DNA of 32,000 nt from an uncultured Opitutales bacterium (GCA_934613415.1 CAKTSY010000003.1:150001-182000); one strand, 5' to 3'; counted from the stretch's first letter, positions 17,501 through 25,245 are shown. Numbers and translations: made by a program. The notes: generated from the letters alone by a model not told the origin.

Positions 17501-20270
17501 ACCAATATTTGTCGTACCTATAATAGCCGTAGGGCGAAGAAAATGTATCTATTTGCTGCGAGCCCGCCTGCGGCACCATAGCTTCGGCGTCGTAGTCGAG
17601 CCTGATTTGAGCAAGCGAAACGGCTTCGGTTGCAAAACCGTCGTTGCCAGTGCCCAAAGCATCATTTATGTTAAACAATGCGCCAAGGGGCTTGTTGTCG
17701 GCGCCAACGTAGCCTTTGTCGTATTCCCATGGGTCGGTTCTAAAGGCTGGGCTTGTAGTTGTAGTTGCCGTGCCGCTACCCAAACCCGCAATATTTGCGT
17801 GAGCCTTTTCGGGGTGCAAAATGTCTATGAAGAAACCGCCCATTTTGTTGTTCGAAATGCCTTCGGTTAGGCACCATTCGGTTGGGTGCGACTTTTGCGC
17901 CCTGTAGAAATTGCCTGCATAGCCAAGCTTGCCGTTAAACTTAAGGTTGTAGGGCACAGACTCTTTAAGGGAGAATATCTTTGCCTGCCCGGGCTGCAAA
18001 CCGCTAGAATTTACCAAGAAGCGGAAGTTTACATCGTAGCCGTTGCCGTCTTTTACAACGCTTGCGTTTGTAGCCCTCGATTCCGTCATATAGCTCATGG
18101 AACCGCGGCTAGACAACGCCCTTTGCCCCACTCTGGCAATGGAGGTTTTTACGTCGTTTAAATAAAGTCTTCTAAAGTAGAACGAGTCTTTTGTTAAAAC
18201 TTTAAACGATACCGCAGCCGTTTTTTGAACGGGCGCGCCCGTAACCGAGTCGGCAACAGTGTAGGTAAAGTTTAATGTTTTGGGCTGATAGAAACGGATT
18301 AAGCCGCCAAACTTCGGGTCGTTTGGTATTTCGGAATCCTGCTTCATTGTATCTTCCCAAGTCCACGGGCCATAGCCGAAATAGGCTTTGTTTATGGCGC
18401 TGTCGTCGCTTGTGGCAATGCCGTTGGGCGAAGACTTAGGCATTACGCCGCTGCGATTTACATAGCGGTAGCGGTTTAGGTTTGCCGTATCGTAGCTAGG
18501 CAAAGACTTGCCGCCGCTGCTTGTTGCCCCGCTGGAATTTATAATCGGGCGGGTAATTCTTTCGGTTCTATAGTCGCGTATGCTTTGGAATACGTTGCCG
18601 CCCTTTAGGTAGCCAATTGCAACTCTGGAAGACGACAAAAAGCTTGAATCTGCAGCTCCTATTTGGAATGCATAAAAGTTTGCGTCTATCTTTGCGTCGT
18701 ACGGATTCCAAAGAACTACAACGGGAACATAGTATATTCTAACGCCGTAGTCGCCGCCGCCGTAGTCCGACAAAGCGGGAATAACCAAAAGCTGGAAGTG
18801 CTGAAGCACGGGGCTTAAGCCTGTTGTAGTGTCTGTCTTTACCTTAACTTTGTTGTCGTAAGAGGCGTTCGAGCCCGTACCATTTTGGTCTACGCGGGTA
18901 TTGTAGTAGCTGCGCAAAGAATCCCACAAAGGACCGCCTGGGTCTTTATGCTGGCGCACATAACCGTATGTTTGCGAATTGCCCTTGTTGTAGTTTAGGC
19001 CTTTATAGCTAAGGTTTATATCGTCTGCCGCCTGTGGGCCGAACATGTGGCCTGCGCCGTTTAGCTTGTTCTTTTTAAATTGGTTGTATTCGCCCGAGCG
19101 GTTGTGGAAATATGCGTCGTAGCCTTCAACACCGTAGGGACGTTCGAAATAGCTGGGGTTTAAGGGGTCGTTATTAAGGCGAAGCAGGCCAACGCTAAGG
19201 TCTTTTTTAAGGCCGCCCGCCCTTGTGTTTACCAAAAGCCCCTTTGTGCCAAAGGTAATACTGTTAAAGAAAATCTTGCCCAAGCCCAAGTTCGAAGACG
19301 AATCGCTTAGCAAATCCAACTGCGAAAGCTCGCTTACTTTTTTAAGCAAAATGCGATCGTCTCTATTTTCCATTCTAAAGTTGAAGGCTTCTACTCTGGA
19401 ATTTGGAATTGTTAAAGCCGCCAAGCCCGAATTGTAGGGCATTTGCTGAAGCCTTATAAGGTTTTGCCCCGTTCTTGCGTCGGAATATTCGTCGTAAGAG
19501 GCAATGGCGTCGGCGGCAGCCTTCTGCGATTCGTCGGAAACCCACCAGGCTATTCTCGTTTCGTAGGAAGACGCCGTTGTTCTTGCGGGGTTTTCGGGTA
19601 TGGTTACAACGGGAACTTTAACGCGCATGGTCTGCGTATCGTACGAACCGTTTTCGTCGGCATACGAATTTTTGCGAACCATATTTATGTAGTTGTCGGT
19701 AAGGTCGTCGGTTGGCCAGTGCTTTAAAGATTCAGACCTGTTGCGTATTATGTTGTTGCCCGAAACCAAGAAGGTTACAGCCCCTCTCATAACGTCGTCG
19801 GAATAGTCCATGCGGCTTTGGTCGGGGCCGCGCCACAACGGGTGCTTGCCAGGGGTGGAATTCCATACGCCAACCCAAAGCGGGTTTGCAATGCCGTCTA
19901 TACGCTTGGCGACTTGTCTGGAAAAGTTGGGGTTGCTGTTCCACCAGTCGTAGTTTTTGTTGCTTTCCAAGTCGTCAAAGACGGCGTCTAGACTTTGGTC
20001 TAAAATTGCGGCGTTGGCGGTTATTCTTTGGTCGGGGCCCAAAGTCTTTTGTATTTCGCCCAATGCCTGATATGCCGCAAAACGGGCGGCCTGCTTGGCG
20101 CGCTGGTCCAGCATGGCCTGCTTGTTTGCCTTAAGTTCTATCTGTACAATAGCCGAAAGCGTTACCACCAGTAAGACGAGAAACGCCATCAGCGCAAGCG
20201 CAATAATAAGCGCAAAACCCTTCCTGTTTTTAGGGGAGCGGTGTTTCAATAAAGTAAAGTGTTTTTTCAT
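14598..20270 (-). CDS. Giant (1890 aa) protein with a GspK/PilX-like minor-pseudopilin N-terminus; possibly related to Verru_Chthon cassette protein A
   Basis: Uninterrupted 5.67-kb ORF with ATG confirmed at 20268-20270. N-terminus MKKHFTLLKHRSPKNRKG-FALIIALALMAFLVLLVVTLSAIV has a basic leader, a Gly-Phe junction and a hydrophobic helix, with Ile rather than Glu at +5. RIAWWVSDESQKAA motif. C-terminal VRGDTFKIRAYGE...KAWCEMVVQRYPEYVD. The family assignment is from memory of these families, not from a search. Confidence 0.65.
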   Translation of the reverse strand: MKKHFTLLKHRSPKNRKGFALIIALALMAFLVLLVVTLSAIVQIELKANKQAMLDQRAKQAARFAAYQALGEIQKTLGPDQRITANAAILDQSLDAVFDDLESNKNYDWWNSNPNFSRQVAKRIDGIANPLWVGVWNSTPGKHPLWRGPDQSRMDYSDDVMRGAVTFLVSGNNIIRNRSESLKHWPTDDLTDNYINMVRKNSYADENGSYDTQTMRVKVPVVTIPENPARTTASSYETRIAWWVSDESQKAAADAIASYDEYSDARTGQNLIRLQQMPYNSGLAALTIPNSRVEAFNFRMENRDDRILLKKVSELSQLDLLSDSSSNLGLGKIFFNSITFGTKGLLVNTRAGGLKKDLSVGLLRLNNDPLNPSYFERPYGVEGYDAYFHNRSGEYNQFKKNKLNGAGHMFGPQAADDINLSYKGLNYNKGNSQTYGYVRQHKDPGGPLWDSLRSYYNTRVDQNGTGSNASYDNKVKVKTDTTTGLSPVLQHFQLLVIPALSDYGGGDYGVRIYYVPVVVLWNPYDAKIDANFYAFQIGAADSSFLSSSRVAIGYLKGGNVFQSIRDYRTERITRPIINSSGATSSGGKSLPSYDTANLNRYRYVNRSGVMPKSSPNGIATSDDSAINKAYFGYGPWTWEDTMKQDSEIPNDPKFGGLIRFYQPKTLNFTYTVADSVTGAPVQKTAAVSFKVLTKDSFYFRRLYLNDVKTSIARVGQRALSSRGSMSYMTESRATNASVVKDGNGYDVNFRFLVNSSGLQPGQAKIFSLKESVPYNLKFNGKLGYAGNFYRAQKSHPTEWCLTEGISNNKMGGFFIDILHPEKAHANIAGLGSGTATTTTSPAFRTDPWEYDKGYVGADNKPLGALFNINDALGTGNDGFATEAVSLAQIRLDYDAEAMVPQAGSQQIDTFSSPYGYYRYDKYWLGSNNPMKEIPDRGKLGAFNSVLSWSIERTPLLMWDYSDDNNKVNLYRDDDGNDNAPRNAATFQTLKRYLLNQNCWDSTGGNNITSFPFPRMNWAKDTVSWGEHPLWRYGGMGGSAIGAANMLSGANCMFGEGSTGLGYNYLNNGYGIRFESNYVKGFFSQPYLQWLGNNAKSPYDKYLLNKIKAAVPQWQQAFSSEYEFYKEFKRQAGLGNISTNGYWFWEDFYFLFTDPRRISPSFWSTAYTTDKDNNSGGRCYDRQPQNFVPFVVAATSTAALPISNFTGQNSDRIVMSVGVSAYRPISTNLDSSVDWQTQYPLKYPYITNTNITGKFYGDPTAARGGSLRDSSYGPRTGQIFTGEGHGRFGRLNNMQYAAVEFGGDGRNAGSRYIYKTINILRNMGEKAQVGPNPTSANTYDLPMRHFLREKEVVSNMAQLSSADLSFGAEVGRGGFSAWGLGVATGDILYPTYSIGNSFANMRIAPERTYDFWWCDGEKATTASATRNGTFQMESEYRGINYDLSWHLNDVLWDEYFFSTIPYRTDERSTRLDRTYWNPRNPRIKYVDTLGPDIQVPHLRGDVKSTISDSRNLELDFEANAARLWINGPFNVNSTDVDAWKAVLATSFGTDVMSVDSTSPIRVGKKAPFPRNGLPATNKEFTDNSVDNSAKNAMTNFRALDSQELEELALSMVENVKDRGPFYSLADFVNRTVEMRSAEVRRMHQQRVYDLSDDFYAGDALSDASKINVNKDENKESFYVMQNHMQKGVMQSAIDMTIINEAFFDSAYLIELGDSALNSRFAKISSYDDRSANWTLAVCGSFPSASQLGQIWSYMGDPRESWENYRAVLGSTLAGASAYLTQADILQQIGSFITVRGDTFKIRAYGEIRNPITGAIESKAWCEMVVQRYPEYVDSVANAPTDIENRDRELGTQNKTDYDTIYTELSDGNLSNKYLGRRFKVVSFRWLSEREI

Positions 20271-20461
20271 TTGCGTTTAGAATAGTGTAAATTGTTGCCA
20301 TTTGACAAGCAATTTTTTGCGCAGTTCTTCCGTTAAACGCTTAATATTTTTGCGGCCGTCTTTAACATGCGCCGACGCAAAAAGAAAGGGGCTTTTTTAA
20401 AGCAAAAACACAAAAAACTGTTTGCTAAGAGCGGCTTTTTGCGCCATAAAGCGGATTTAAT

Positions 20462-20935
20462 ATGAAATACAAAGCAATAGTGGCCGCCGACGAAAATATG
20501 CTTATAGGCAACGGGCTTGAAATTCCGTGGCATATAAGCGACGACTTTAAGCATTTTAAAAACACCACAATGGGTGGCGTAATTTTGTTCGGCAAAAATA
20601 CCTGGCTAAGCCTTGGCAAACGCCCGCTAAAAGGCAGGTTAAACGCCGTTTTAAGCCGTTCTTTAACCGAAACACCCCCCGAAAACGCAATGTATTTTAA
20701 AAGCAAGGCCGATTTCGACAAATATTTTGAAAACGACCCGCGCAATGTGTGGATTTGCGGCGGAGCGAATATTTACGAACAGTTTTTGCCCGACTGTTCC
20801 GAAATTATTTTAAGCAAAATTAAGGGGAAATTTAAAGGAGACACGTTTTTTCCCGATATATCGAAAAGCTTTAAACAAACCGAAATTTTGTTGGAACACC
20901 CGCAGTTTACGGTTGTAAAACTAACACGAATTTAA
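20462..20935 (+). CDS. folA: Dihydrofolate reductase
   Basis: 157 aa. IVAADENMLIGNGLEIPWHISDDFKHFKNTTMGGVILFGKNTWLSLGKRPLKGRLNAVLSR matches the DHFR N-terminal and NADPH-binding pattern. Confidence 0.9.
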   Translation: MKYKAIVAADENMLIGNGLEIPWHISDDFKHFKNTTMGGVILFGKNTWLSLGKRPLKGRLNAVLSRSLTETPPENAMYFKSKADFDKYFENDPRNVWICGGANIYEQFLPDCSEIILSKIKGKFKGDTFFPDISKSFKQTEILLEHPQFTVVKLTRI

Positions 20936-21105
20936 CGCAACGCTTACACGCGCAAACACGGGGGTTTGAGTGCGGCAGTTAAAAAAATATAAATTTTTCA
21001 AAATATTTGTAATAAAAAGCTTGCATTTTGCAAGTTAGCCCAGACAATAACATTCCTTTATATAAACAGGTATACCAAATATACTTTCATTGAAAGGATA
21101 AAAAA

Positions 21106-21510
21106 ATGCCTATCAAACACAGAACACCTAGAAGAAACGCAGTAAAGAGCGCAGAAACCAAGGCCGCCGCAAAAGCGACGACTGTTAAAAAAACCGCTGC
21201 TGCGGCAAAAAAGCCCGCAAAAGCTAAAAAATGCGATTGCACTTTGGGCGACGCAAAATTGACCATTGTTGTGGCCAAGATAGACGCCGGCTGGGGCAAC
21301 AGCCTCTACATTAGGGGTCAGGGCGCAGGCCTTAGCTGGGACAAAGGCGTGCTAATGCAGTGCGTTGGCGACCAGGAATGGATTTGGGAAAAGAAAAACG
21401 TTAAGGAAAACTTCGAATTTAAATTCCTGCTTAACGACACAGTTTGGGCCGAAGGCGAAAACATTGCAGGCCAGCCCGACGAAATCCGCACATACTACCC
21501 CAAGTTCTAG
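21106..21510 (+). CDS. Small protein: Lys/Ala-rich histone-H1-like N-terminal tail fused to a CBM20-like beta-sandwich domain
   Basis: AAGGA ribosome-binding site 7 nt before the ATG. Residues 1-42 contain 14 K/R, 12 A and 1 E (KAAAKATTVKKTAAAAKKPAKAKK). Residues ~48-134, LTIVVAKIDAGWGNSLYIRGQGAGLSWDKG...WIWEKKNVKENFEFKFLLNDTVWAEGEN, follow the CBM20 pattern (G-x-x-hYhhG...L-x-W...W...FEYKF...W-E-x-G-x-N). Confidence 0.7.
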   Translation: MPIKHRTPRRNAVKSAETKAAAKATTVKKTAAAAKKPAKAKKCDCTLGDAKLTIVVAKIDAGWGNSLYIRGQGAGLSWDKGVLMQCVGDQEWIWEKKNVKENFEFKFLLNDTVWAEGENIAGQPDEIRTYYPKF

Positions 21511-21537
21511 TATCTGCACAAAGTATTTACAAAAAAC

Positions 21538-21578
21538 AAACCCCACGGGCTTTACCGCTTGCGGGGTTTTTTGTTTTT
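21538..21578 (+). terminator. Rho-independent terminator after the small H1/CBM20-like gene
   Basis: AAACCCCACGGGC (21538-21550) pairs with GCTTGCGGGGTTT (21557-21569): 10-bp core CCCCACGGGC/GCTTGCGGGG with one mismatch and two G-U pairs, extended by three A-U pairs, with a 6-nt loop. It is followed by TTTGTTTTT. Confidence 0.65.
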
Positions 21579-21598
21579 AAAAATTTGCGCAAATTTTT
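21579..21598. repeat. Perfect 20-bp AT-rich palindrome in a convergent intergenic region
   Basis: AAAAATTTGC|GCAAATTTTT (21579-21598) is exactly self-complementary. It is followed by TTTGCAAA (21597-21604) and TTTTGCGAA variants. Confidence 0.6.
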
Positions 21599-21688
21599 TG
21601 CAAACTTTTGCGAATTTGACTTGCTCAAAAAAACACAACAACTTTTGCCTACAAAAATAAAATAGGGCAAAAAAGCTCCGCAAAAATT

Positions 21689-23041
21689 CTATTTTTTAAA
21701 TACGGCGTAGCCTGCGCCGTCGTTATGGGCAGCAGGCAAAACTATGCGGCTTTCAAGTAATTGGGCGCTTCGGGCAAATTCGGCAACGTTTTCGGTATTT
21801 TCGCACGCGTCTATCGAGCATGTAGAAAAAACAATAACCCCGCCCTTTTTCACAAAATTTAAAGCCTTAAAAAACATACGCCTTTGAATTTCGGCACAAT
21901 TATTTATGTCGCTTTCGGTTATGCGATATCTGGCATCGGCGCGGCGGCCCAGCACGCCCGTGTTCGAACAGGGAGCATCTAAAAACACAACGTCGTATTG
22001 CATGGGAACTCCCGCGCTTTCAAGCTTTTGGGCAACGTCGTCTTCCAACAAATCGAACGCAACTTGCTTTGTTTTTAAATTCGAAAATTTGCGAACTGCA
22101 AAATTAGCCTTAAGCGTTTCAAACCTTTTGTTGGGCAAGTCGCAACTGACCAAAAGCGAAGTCGTGTTTTTTTCGGAATTCTTTTTGTTTAAAATGTCGG
22201 CAATGTAGGCGCTTTTGCCGCCGGGGGCTGCGCACAAGTCTAACACATTTTGCCCCGCGCAAAAAGAAACCGCGTTTACGGCAAAACTTGTAGACGGGTC
22301 TTGCGCGTAGGCATAGCCATTTTTAAGCATAAACGAAACGTCGTTAAAACGCTGCGGCCTTACCGCGTAAAAATCGGCAAAAGGAGTCGGCAAAAAGGCG
22401 TCTTTTACCTGCAAAAAAGCGTCGCGCGCCTCGGGCGAATGCGCCACCCTAAAATATACCGATTTTTGCGAATGAAAATCTCTTAAAATTTCTAGCGCCT
22501 TTTCTTCGCCAAACTGCGCTTTAAAACGCTTTGCAAGCCATAGCGGCATTGAATATAGCAAGGCAAAATCTTCAAAGTTTTTTAAATTTTTTCTTAACGA
22601 ATCCAAATAGCCCAAAAATTTTCTTTGGGCTGCATTTACAAGTTTAGACTCGGGCACGCTAAAGAGCGCCTTCGCCGAATTTACGGAGCTGTCGGCGCGT
22701 TTGCAAGCCTTATCATATTCGCAATCAACCAGTTGCGAGCACGCCATACACAAATATGCATATAGTTTCGCCTTCGGCTTTTTATGCAAAAAACCGCTCA
22801 AAAAGTGTTCTACAAGCCCCTTGTTTCGCAGAAAATCCAAAAAGATACATTGACAAACCCGCCTTTCTTCTGTGTTGTAGTGTATAGAATTATAGTGAGT
22901 TGCTATAGCCGTATCGCTTTTGCCGCCGCGGTTAATGTAGCTCGTTATCAACTCCAACGCCGACAATGCGGCTTTTTCGGCGGCGCAGCTTGCACCGTTA
23001 TGAAAGGCTTTATTCATTTTCGGTTGAGGGAAAATGTACAA
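21689..23041 (-). CDS. rsmB: rRNA cytosine-C5 methyltransferase, RsmB/Sun (NOL1/NOP2) family
   Basis: SAM-binding DLCAAPGGKS, the two catalytic-Cys motifs FLDAPCSNTGVLGRR and VFSTCSI, and a NusB-like N-terminal region. An alternative start is ATG 23017 (MNKAFHNG). Confidence 0.85.
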   Translation of the reverse strand: MYIFPQPKMNKAFHNGASCAAEKAALSALELITSYINRGGKSDTAIATHYNSIHYNTEERRVCQCIFLDFLRNKGLVEHFLSGFLHKKPKAKLYAYLCMACSQLVDCEYDKACKRADSSVNSAKALFSVPESKLVNAAQRKFLGYLDSLRKNLKNFEDFALLYSMPLWLAKRFKAQFGEEKALEILRDFHSQKSVYFRVAHSPEARDAFLQVKDAFLPTPFADFYAVRPQRFNDVSFMLKNGYAYAQDPSTSFAVNAVSFCAGQNVLDLCAAPGGKSAYIADILNKKNSEKNTTSLLVSCDLPNKRFETLKANFAVRKFSNLKTKQVAFDLLEDDVAQKLESAGVPMQYDVVFLDAPCSNTGVLGRRADARYRITESDINNCAEIQRRMFFKALNFVKKGGVIVFSTCSIDACENTENVAEFARSAQLLESRIVLPAAHNDGAGYAVFKK

Positions 23042-23100
23042 AATTTTCCCGATTACAACAAAAAAATTTCAAAACAAACAAAAAATCGCAGGTAAAATAT

Positions 23101-25161
23101 ATGGAAGCATCGGCAGTAGCCACAATATTGGGAAAACACCCGAATCTCCAGTCGAAAAAGGAAAAGCTGGAAATTCTAAAGCAGGGAACTTTCTGCATAC
23201 ACAACGCCTGGGGCATTGGTATGGTAACGGCTCTAGACCCTGAAAGCAGCAGGGTTACAATAGACTTCGAAAACAAAAAAGGCCACTCTATGGACATTGC
23301 CTTTTGCGTGGAAAAGCTGCAAATTTTGGAGGACGACAATATTATTGTGCGCAACATAAAAGACAGGGCGGCCGTTGAAGGCGAAATGAAAAACCCCGCC
23401 GAATTTGTTAAGGCGATAATCTCGAAAAAACCCGACTTGTCGATTAGCTCTATAGAGCTTGAACAGATTTTAACCAGACTTTTTGCCGACGAAAAATCGT
23501 ATAAAAACTGGTGGAAAGTTGCCAAGAAAGACTTGGAAAGAGACCCTTCGGTAGGGTGTCCCAAAAAGAAGAACGACCCGTATTTCCTCCGCGCCGAGCT
23601 AAAGACCCCCGAAAGCGAAGCATTGGAAGAATATATGCTTTATAGGGATCCGAAAAAGAAAATAGAATTGGCAGAAAAGTTGCACGCCGTTGCCGAAAAT
23701 GTAGACGAAATTGCCGAAAAGCTCCCCTTAATTAGAGACGAGCTTACCGAGGCAATTAAAAAGGCAAAGGGTTTGACGCAAGCCGACAGGCTTAGAGGCA
23801 TTTGGGTAAGAAACGACTTTATCCGCGATATAGAGCGCAAAAAGTATGTGGAAAAACCCGAAGACAAGCTTAGCCCGGAACAGGCAAAAGAAATAGAAAA
23901 CGAGCTTGAAAAGGTAGAACCGCGTTCGAAGGACATTTTGGCCGAAACCCGCGAAAAGAACGAAAAAGACGGTCTTAACATTTTGGCTCGCAACCTTTGC
24001 CCCGCCTACTACGAAAGGTTTTTGGACCTTCTTACCAGAACCTACGATTCGGAATGGAAAGACATTATAATAGACCTTCTTAAAAATTCGGAGGGCAGGT
24101 TTACAAACGAATGCGTAAACTTCCTTATAGGCAAAGACAGGCAACAATCCAGCAAATTTACCGGCGAAAATATCAACCTAGAAGCAACCGCCAAGACAAA
24201 GAAAATTACCGACGAAAGCAGCTGCCAGCAGTTGGTAAAAGCGGCGTTCCAAAAATGGCTAGACGAGCAGACATTGCACGGCCCCGTAATTTTGTGGATT
24301 GCCAAGAACAGAAATTCCGACAAGCACAAGGCAATGCTTGCAAACCTTATAAACCACAAGCTGCTTAGCGCGCTTTTGTCCGCTATAGACGAAGAGGCTT
24401 TGCTTAGCGATTCGAACCGCAAAATAGCATTGGCCGAAGCCCTTAGCGAAGATAAATCTCTTGTTTTAGACCTTTTGGCAGGCCGCGTTTTAACCGCCGA
24501 CGAGCTTAAGAAAAAGAAGATTTCGCGCGACGAACGCTCGGCTTCCGACGAAACTGCAAGAGACTTGGCTCAAACTTTGTTGCTTAACCAAGGCTTTGAA
24601 GACCTCACCAAAAAATCTATTTTGGCAAGGTTTATAAGATACTCTAAAGAAGTGCAGTCGCTCATATCCAGCGGGGCAAAGCAGGTGGAACGCCTCTTTG
24701 TTTCGAAATGGAGCTTGCAGGCACGCATGGAAGAACTCGACGACATCATCAAAAACCAACAGCCCGCAAGCAAAAAGGCAATCGAAGCCGCACGCGAATT
24801 GGGCGACTTGCGCGAAAACTCCGAATACAAAATGGCGCGCGAACACGACGAAGTTCTTTCGGCTCGCAGAATGGAATTGGAAAGGGATATTTCCATGGCA
24901 GAACCTATCGACTTTTCGCAGGTTTCGACAGACCGCGTAAACATCGGCTCGGTTGTTACATTGCAAGACCCCGACGGCAAACAGCATGTATACACCATTT
25001 TGGGCGCGTGGGATTCGGATACCGACAAGAACATATTCTCGTACAAGACACCTATTGCGCAGGCTATGATGGAAAAGACCGTAGGCGACACATTCGAAAC
25101 AAACGTAGAAGGCCACAAGACTTCCTACAAGATTTTGAAGATAGACCGCTACGTTCCCTAG
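23101..25161 (+). CDS. greA: Long-form Gre-family transcript cleavage factor (686 aa: 533-aa N-terminal extension plus a canonical GreA module)
   Basis: The C-terminal 153 aa (24700-25158) align motif by motif with GreA: ARELGDLRENSEYKMAREH (acidic finger tip), VNIGSVVTLQD, YTILG, SYKTPIAQAMMEKTVGD. I place the start at ATG 23101 (MEASAVATILGK). The track start 22966 would overlap the divergent rsmB-like gene. Confidence 0.85.
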   Translation: MEASAVATILGKHPNLQSKKEKLEILKQGTFCIHNAWGIGMVTALDPESSRVTIDFENKKGHSMDIAFCVEKLQILEDDNIIVRNIKDRAAVEGEMKNPAEFVKAIISKKPDLSISSIELEQILTRLFADEKSYKNWWKVAKKDLERDPSVGCPKKKNDPYFLRAELKTPESEALEEYMLYRDPKKKIELAEKLHAVAENVDEIAEKLPLIRDELTEAIKKAKGLTQADRLRGIWVRNDFIRDIERKKYVEKPEDKLSPEQAKEIENELEKVEPRSKDILAETREKNEKDGLNILARNLCPAYYERFLDLLTRTYDSEWKDIIIDLLKNSEGRFTNECVNFLIGKDRQQSSKFTGENINLEATAKTKKITDESSCQQLVKAAFQKWLDEQTLHGPVILWIAKNRNSDKHKAMLANLINHKLLSALLSAIDEEALLSDSNRKIALAEALSEDKSLVLDLLAGRVLTADELKKKKISRDERSASDETARDLAQTLLLNQGFEDLTKKSILARFIRYSKEVQSLISSGAKQVERLFVSKWSLQARMEELDDIIKNQQPASKKAIEAARELGDLRENSEYKMAREHDEVLSARRMELERDISMAEPIDFSQVSTDRVNIGSVVTLQDPDGKQHVYTILGAWDSDTDKNIFSYKTPIAQAMMEKTVGDTFETNVEGHKTSYKILKIDRYVP

Positions 25162-25182
25162 TTTTTACAACAACATTTAAGC

Positions 25183-25212
25183 AAAAAGAGCGCATTTTAA
25201 TGCGCTCTTTTT
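25183..25212. terminator. Bidirectional rho-independent terminator between convergent greA-like and fic
   Basis: AAAAAGAGCGCATT (25183-25196), tt, AATGCGCTCTTTTT (25199-25212) is perfectly self-complementary, with a T7 run on the plus strand and T5 on the minus strand. Confidence 0.8.
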
Positions 25213-25245
25213 TTGTGTATATGCCAACAATTTTTTTGGTTTGCC

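Noticed and set aside
15342-20134. Numerous 60-130 aa ORFs on both strands within the giant gene
   Set aside because: All are nested in or antisense to one uninterrupted 1890-codon frame. None has a start context or recognisable sequence.
20347-20383. TTTTTGCG ... CGCAAAAA inverted repeat upstream of folA, considered as a terminator or riboswitch
   Set aside because: It has only an 8-bp AU-rich stem with a 21-nt loop and no following U-run. I recognise no riboswitch consensus in it.
21087-21299. 70-aa minus-strand ORF opposite the small H1/CBM20-like gene
   Set aside because: It is the antisense translation of the Lys/Ala-rich (AAA/GCN) tail, which gives an F/A/L-rich pseudo-TM sequence. 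The sense gene has an RBS and a terminator.
22966-23100. 5' extension of the greA-like ORF (track start 22966)
   Set aside because: It overlaps the start of the divergent rsmB-like gene and is R/K-rich with no conservation. ATG 23101 gives a plausible N-terminus.
23010-25118. Minus-strand ORFs (184, 117, 139, 126, 208 and 182 aa) and alternative plus-frame ORFs inside the greA-like gene
   Set aside because: They are shadow frames of a K/E-rich coding region, and the GreA module fixes the real frame.
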